This document shows, one piece after another, positions 46,197 to 49,322 of a stretch of 49,322 nt of DNA. The position numbers and the translations under genes were made by a program. The notes below the pieces were generated by a model. The model made no database searches, had not been told where the DNA came from, and was given only the letters and a program-made list of their open reading frames with translations. Numbering within the stretch: the first letter of the stretch is position 1; every line of letters starts with the position of its first letter. The DNA comes from a virus (taxonomy: Duplodnaviria; Caudoviricetes): positions 1 to 49,322 of IMG/VR virus record IMGVR_UViG_3300025673_000002. One strand, written 5' to 3'.

Positions 46197-46943
46197 ATGT
46201 CTACTTCAACGTTCTTTAATCATGCACATAAACCAGAGTCCCAGCTCTATGAAGAAATAATCATAGAACAGATAAAAGCATTCGGTCACGATGTTTATTA
46301 TCTTCCTAGAAAACTGGTCAGGGAAGATAAATTATTTGGGGAAGACGTTTTATCAGAATTTAATGATGCTTACGTCATTGAAATGTATTATGAGAATGAA
46401 TCAATTGGTGCTGGAGAAGCAGACGCCCTTTCTAAATTTGGTCTTGAATTAAGAGACGAAGCTAAATTTCAAGTATCTAGATTCAGATTTAATCAGCTTA
46501 CATCGCTTGATCAAAATCTTATAGCAACAAAACGCCCGATGGAAGGGGATTTAATATATTTCCCTTCCCAAAATAGAAAGAAATTATTTGAAATTACCTT
46601 CGTTGAAGAAGAAGAATTTGAAAGACTCCACAATATTCCAGTATTTACATTAACCTGTAAACTTTTTGAATATTCAAATGAAGCTCTTGATACTGGTATT
46701 TCGGAAATAGATAGGATTGAAGATTTACACTCAACAAACTCAATCGCGATATACGATATACTACTAGAGGATGGAACATCTACTCTTGATGGTGGTGCAT
46801 TATTATTTGAAAATGGATATAATATGTTACAAGAAGAACATTCTATGGATGATATAGATAAGAGCTCTATCAATGATTGGCTCCAAGGTGAGTCTGATAA
46901 AATAATAGATTTTACGGATTCTAATCCGTTTGGAGAGATATAA
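46197..46943 (+). CDS. gp14: neck protein
   Basis: GHDVYYLPR, SKFGL, RPMEGDLIYFP, DFTDSNPFG. Confidence 0.95.
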   Translation: MSTSTFFNHAHKPESQLYEEIIIEQIKAFGHDVYYLPRKLVREDKLFGEDVLSEFNDAYVIEMYYENESIGAGEADALSKFGLELRDEAKFQVSRFRFNQLTSLDQNLIATKRPMEGDLIYFPSQNRKKLFEITFVEEEEFERLHNIPVFTLTCKLFEYSNEALDTGISEIDRIEDLHSTNSIAIYDILLEDGTSTLDGGALLFENGYNMLQEEHSMDDIDKSSINDWLQGESDKIIDFTDSNPFGEI

Positions 46944-47713
46944 TGTTAGGAGCAGACCCTTATTACCACGAAATATTAAAAAGAACTGTTATCGGTTTTG
47001 GTTCAATGTTTAATGATATTTACCTCATTCGGAGAAATAAAGTAGGTGAGATTAAACAAAAAATGAAAATACCCTTATCTTATGGGCCAAAGGAAAAGTT
47101 TCTCGCTCGACTTAGGGAAGATCCAAATCTTTCGAAGTCTGTGGCTATTTCTCTTCCCCGTATAGGATTTGAACTTGGTTCATTCTCATATGATTCGACT
47201 AGAAAACTTAATAAAATCAATACAGTCAAGATACCAAAGTCGACAAATGATAAAGCAATAAGTAAACAGTTTTCTCCGGTACCATATACAGTAAGTTTTG
47301 AATTATTTGTAATGGTAAAGAATTCCGATGATGGTATACAGATCATTGAACAAATACTACCGACATTCTCTCCTTCATATACAATGACGATAAAAGATTC
47401 GTCAGAATTAAAAAATGTACAGGATGTGCCTATTGTACTCGATTCAGTATCCTATGAGGATTCGTATGAAGGGGATTTCGTTTCGAGAAGGGCTATAGTT
47501 TATACACTATCGTTTTCCGCTTCGATTCAACTATATGGTCCTGTTACATCTCAGGGTGTTATTAAGAAAGTTGATACCTCAATGTATGCTGATGTACCAG
47601 TCAATTCCCCAAATAGAAAACAAACATACTCAGTCGAACCCGATCCTGTAACAGCAACGGAGAATGATGATTTTGGATTCACGGATTCTTGGAGTAATTG
47701 GGAAGATGCATAA
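46943..47713 (+). CDS. gp15: tail sheath stabiliser/terminator
   Basis: FGSMFNDI, PLSYGPKEKFLAR, LPRIGFE, QIIEQILP.F.P. Confidence 0.95.
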   Translation: MLGADPYYHEILKRTVIGFGSMFNDIYLIRRNKVGEIKQKMKIPLSYGPKEKFLARLREDPNLSKSVAISLPRIGFELGSFSYDSTRKLNKINTVKIPKSTNDKAISKQFSPVPYTVSFELFVMVKNSDDGIQIIEQILPTFSPSYTMTIKDSSELKNVQDVPIVLDSVSYEDSYEGDFVSRRAIVYTLSFSASIQLYGPVTSQGVIKKVDTSMYADVPVNSPNRKQTYSVEPDPVTATENDDFGFTDSWSNWEDA

Positions 47714-48087
47714 TGAAACTCGACGAAACATTTAATATAGAGCCCTCGGTCTTAGCAACCTACGAGAAGCAAGAGGTTGTTAAGTCTGACTCTATGGAAA
47801 AAGATATTAAGAATGATTACGATTATGCACGTGAGAATTTATATAATTTAGTCGAGAACGGTAATGTAGCACTCGAGGATCTAATAGAACTCGCTAAGCA
47901 AAGTGAGCATCCCCGAGCATACGAGGTTGTTGGTCAAATGATTAAGACTCTAGGGGATACTACCTCCCAACTCACCACACTTCACGAAAAACAAATGAAG
48001 CTCAACGCCTCTAAACCAGAAAAGGTAACTAATAATAATCTTTTTGTGGGGTCGGCTACCGATCTCCTAGATTTGATTAAAAGGTGA
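47713..48087 (+). CDS. gp16: terminase small subunit
   Basis: DYDYARENL, SEHPRAYEV, NNNLFVGS; start at ATG 47713 (TAATG coupling). Confidence 0.93.
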   Translation: MKLDETFNIEPSVLATYEKQEVVKSDSMEKDIKNDYDYARENLYNLVENGNVALEDLIELAKQSEHPRAYEVVGQMIKTLGDTTSQLTTLHEKQMKLNASKPEKVTNNNLFVGSATDLLDLIKR

Positions 48088-49322
48088 GCGATCCATACCT
48101 AAATAACCCCTTTCTCACAAGGAGGTTAAGTACACATTCCTATACCGAAGAACAAATCATTGAGTTCAAGAAGTGTGCAGAGGATATACATTATTTTGCA
48201 GAAAATTATTTCACCATAGTTCATGTTGATCGTGGTAAAATTAAAATTCCCCTTTACGATTATCAAAAGAAATTATTAAAACAGTTCGAAGAAGAACGGT
48301 TCTCCATAGTAACGCAATCTAGACAAAGTGGTAAAACCACTACAACAACGGTCTTTGTTCTTCATTATGTATTATTCAACAAAGATAAAACTGTTGCCAT
48401 TCTTGCTAATAAGGGAGATACTTCACAGGAAATCCTTGCAAGAATTCAACTTGCATTTGAACTCATTCCAAATTGGTTAAAACCCAATGTTGTTGAGTGG
48501 AATAAAAGAACTGTTGAATTTGAGAATGGTTGTCGAATTATGGCAAGGGCAACATCATCTTCCTCTATTCGGGGACAGAGCGTCGCATGCCTAATAATAG
48601 ACGAAGCAGCATTTGTAGAGAGATGGGATGAATTTTATAAATCTACCTATCCAACAATTGCCTCAGGTAAAGAATCTAAGGTTATATTGGTATCAACGGC
48701 CAATAAACTAAACCACTTTAATGCCATAAGAGTTAAAGCGGAGCGCGGAGAAAACGAATTCGTACCATTTGAGGTAAAGTGGGATGATGTTCCCGGAAGA
48801 GATGAGGAATGGAAAGATCAAACCATTGCTAATACATCCCTCGAAGATTTTATGCAGGAACATGAAAATGTTGCTCTCGGTTCGGCAAATACTTTAATAT
48901 CCTCTTGGGTGCTTAGGAATATTATTACCTCAGAACCCATTGAAATAGTTGATTGTATCAGATACTTTGATAAACCTATTACTGGGAATAAGTATATAAT
49001 AACAGTAGATACTTCCCACGGGAAAGGTCTTGATTATTCTGTCTCTACGGTATTCGATATTACACAATATCCCATCAAACAAGTTGCAGTATTCCGTGAT
49101 AATAAAACATCTTCCCGGATATATACGAGAATTATTAATAATCTCGGAATACAGTATAATAATGCACATGTTCTGGTAGAGTCAAATGATATTGGGCATA
49201 CTGTAGTTAACGAATTAAATTATGAATATGAATATGATAATTTAATATCAGAAAAAACTAATAATGAAAGATATGCCCTTGGGGTTCGTACAACAAAATC
49301 GACCAAGCGTATTGGGTGTTCT
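48084..49322 (+). CDS. gp17: terminase large subunit (runs off the window end)
   Basis: Not in the track (no stop in window); GTG start overlaps the gp16 stop; LYDYQK, Walker A SRQSGKT, Walker B LIIDEAAF, VPGRDEEWK, VESNDIG. Confidence 0.95.
   Translation, partial: MSDPYLNNPFLTRRLSTHSYTEEQIIEFKKCAEDIHYFAENYFTIVHVDRGKIKIPLYDYQKKLLKQFEEERFSIVTQSRQSGKTTTTTVFVLHYVLFNKDKTVAILANKGDTSQEILARIQLAFELIPNWLKPNVVEWNKRTVEFENGCRIMARATSSSSIRGQSVACLIIDEAAFVERWDEFYKSTYPTIASGKESKVILVSTANKLNHFNAIRVKAERGENEFVPFEVKWDDVPGRDEEWKDQTIANTSLEDFMQEHENVALGSANTLISSWVLRNIITSEPIEIVDCIRYFDKPITGNKYIITVDTSHGKGLDYSVSTVFDITQYPIKQVAVFRDNKTSSRIYTRIINNLGIQYNNAHVLVESNDIGHTVVNELNYEYEYDNLISEKTNNERYALGVRTTKSTKRIGCS

Noticed and set aside
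321-47346. Numerous 60-120 aa ORFs overlapping assigned genes
   Set aside because: Antisense or off-frame shadows of well-supported genes, without motifs or independent expression signals.
48088-49322. Apparent non-coding gap and 79-aa minus ORF at the window end
   Set aside because: The region is the open gp17 frame, missed by the track because its stop lies outside the window.
1-49322. tRNA genes, introns, inteins or stop-codon recoding
   Set aside because: Intergenic gaps are short with no cloverleaf seen; core genes are uninterrupted and of expected length under the standard code. Checked by eye only.

Overview
AT-rich fragment of a large T4-like myophage (Tevenvirinae/Kyanoviridae-like gene set, probably environmental; host not determinable). 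Most of the window is virion morphogenesis: gp26/51/54/2/4, gp48/53/27, gp19/18, gp5/25/6/7/8, a 2061-aa structural protein, a 1952-aa repeat tail fibre, gp13-16 and the start of gp17. These genes carry T4 late promoters (TATAAATA). T4-early-type sigma70 promoters (TTTAC[A/T]-17-TATAAT) drive the non-structural genes. Two accessory blocks stand out. (1) 1.9-7.1 kb is a nucleotide/DNA-modification locus: MazG-like pyrophosphatase, PD-(D/E)XK nuclease, amino-methyltransferase, then a tightly coupled operon of DUF1599/Nmad1, a thymidylate-synthase homologue with the dCMP-type specificity Asp, an asparagine-synthetase-like ligase with an altered glutamine site, and dCMP deaminase. This is the best candidate for an uncharacterised base-modification pathway. 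(2) 15.2-23.6 kb is a block between gp27 and gp5 holding an inverted, relocated gp18-gp19 pair, a TPP-dependent 2-keto-acid decarboxylase and an HSDL2-type SDR, which are unusual phage metabolic genes. All calls come from motif recognition and synteny by eye; no searches were run.
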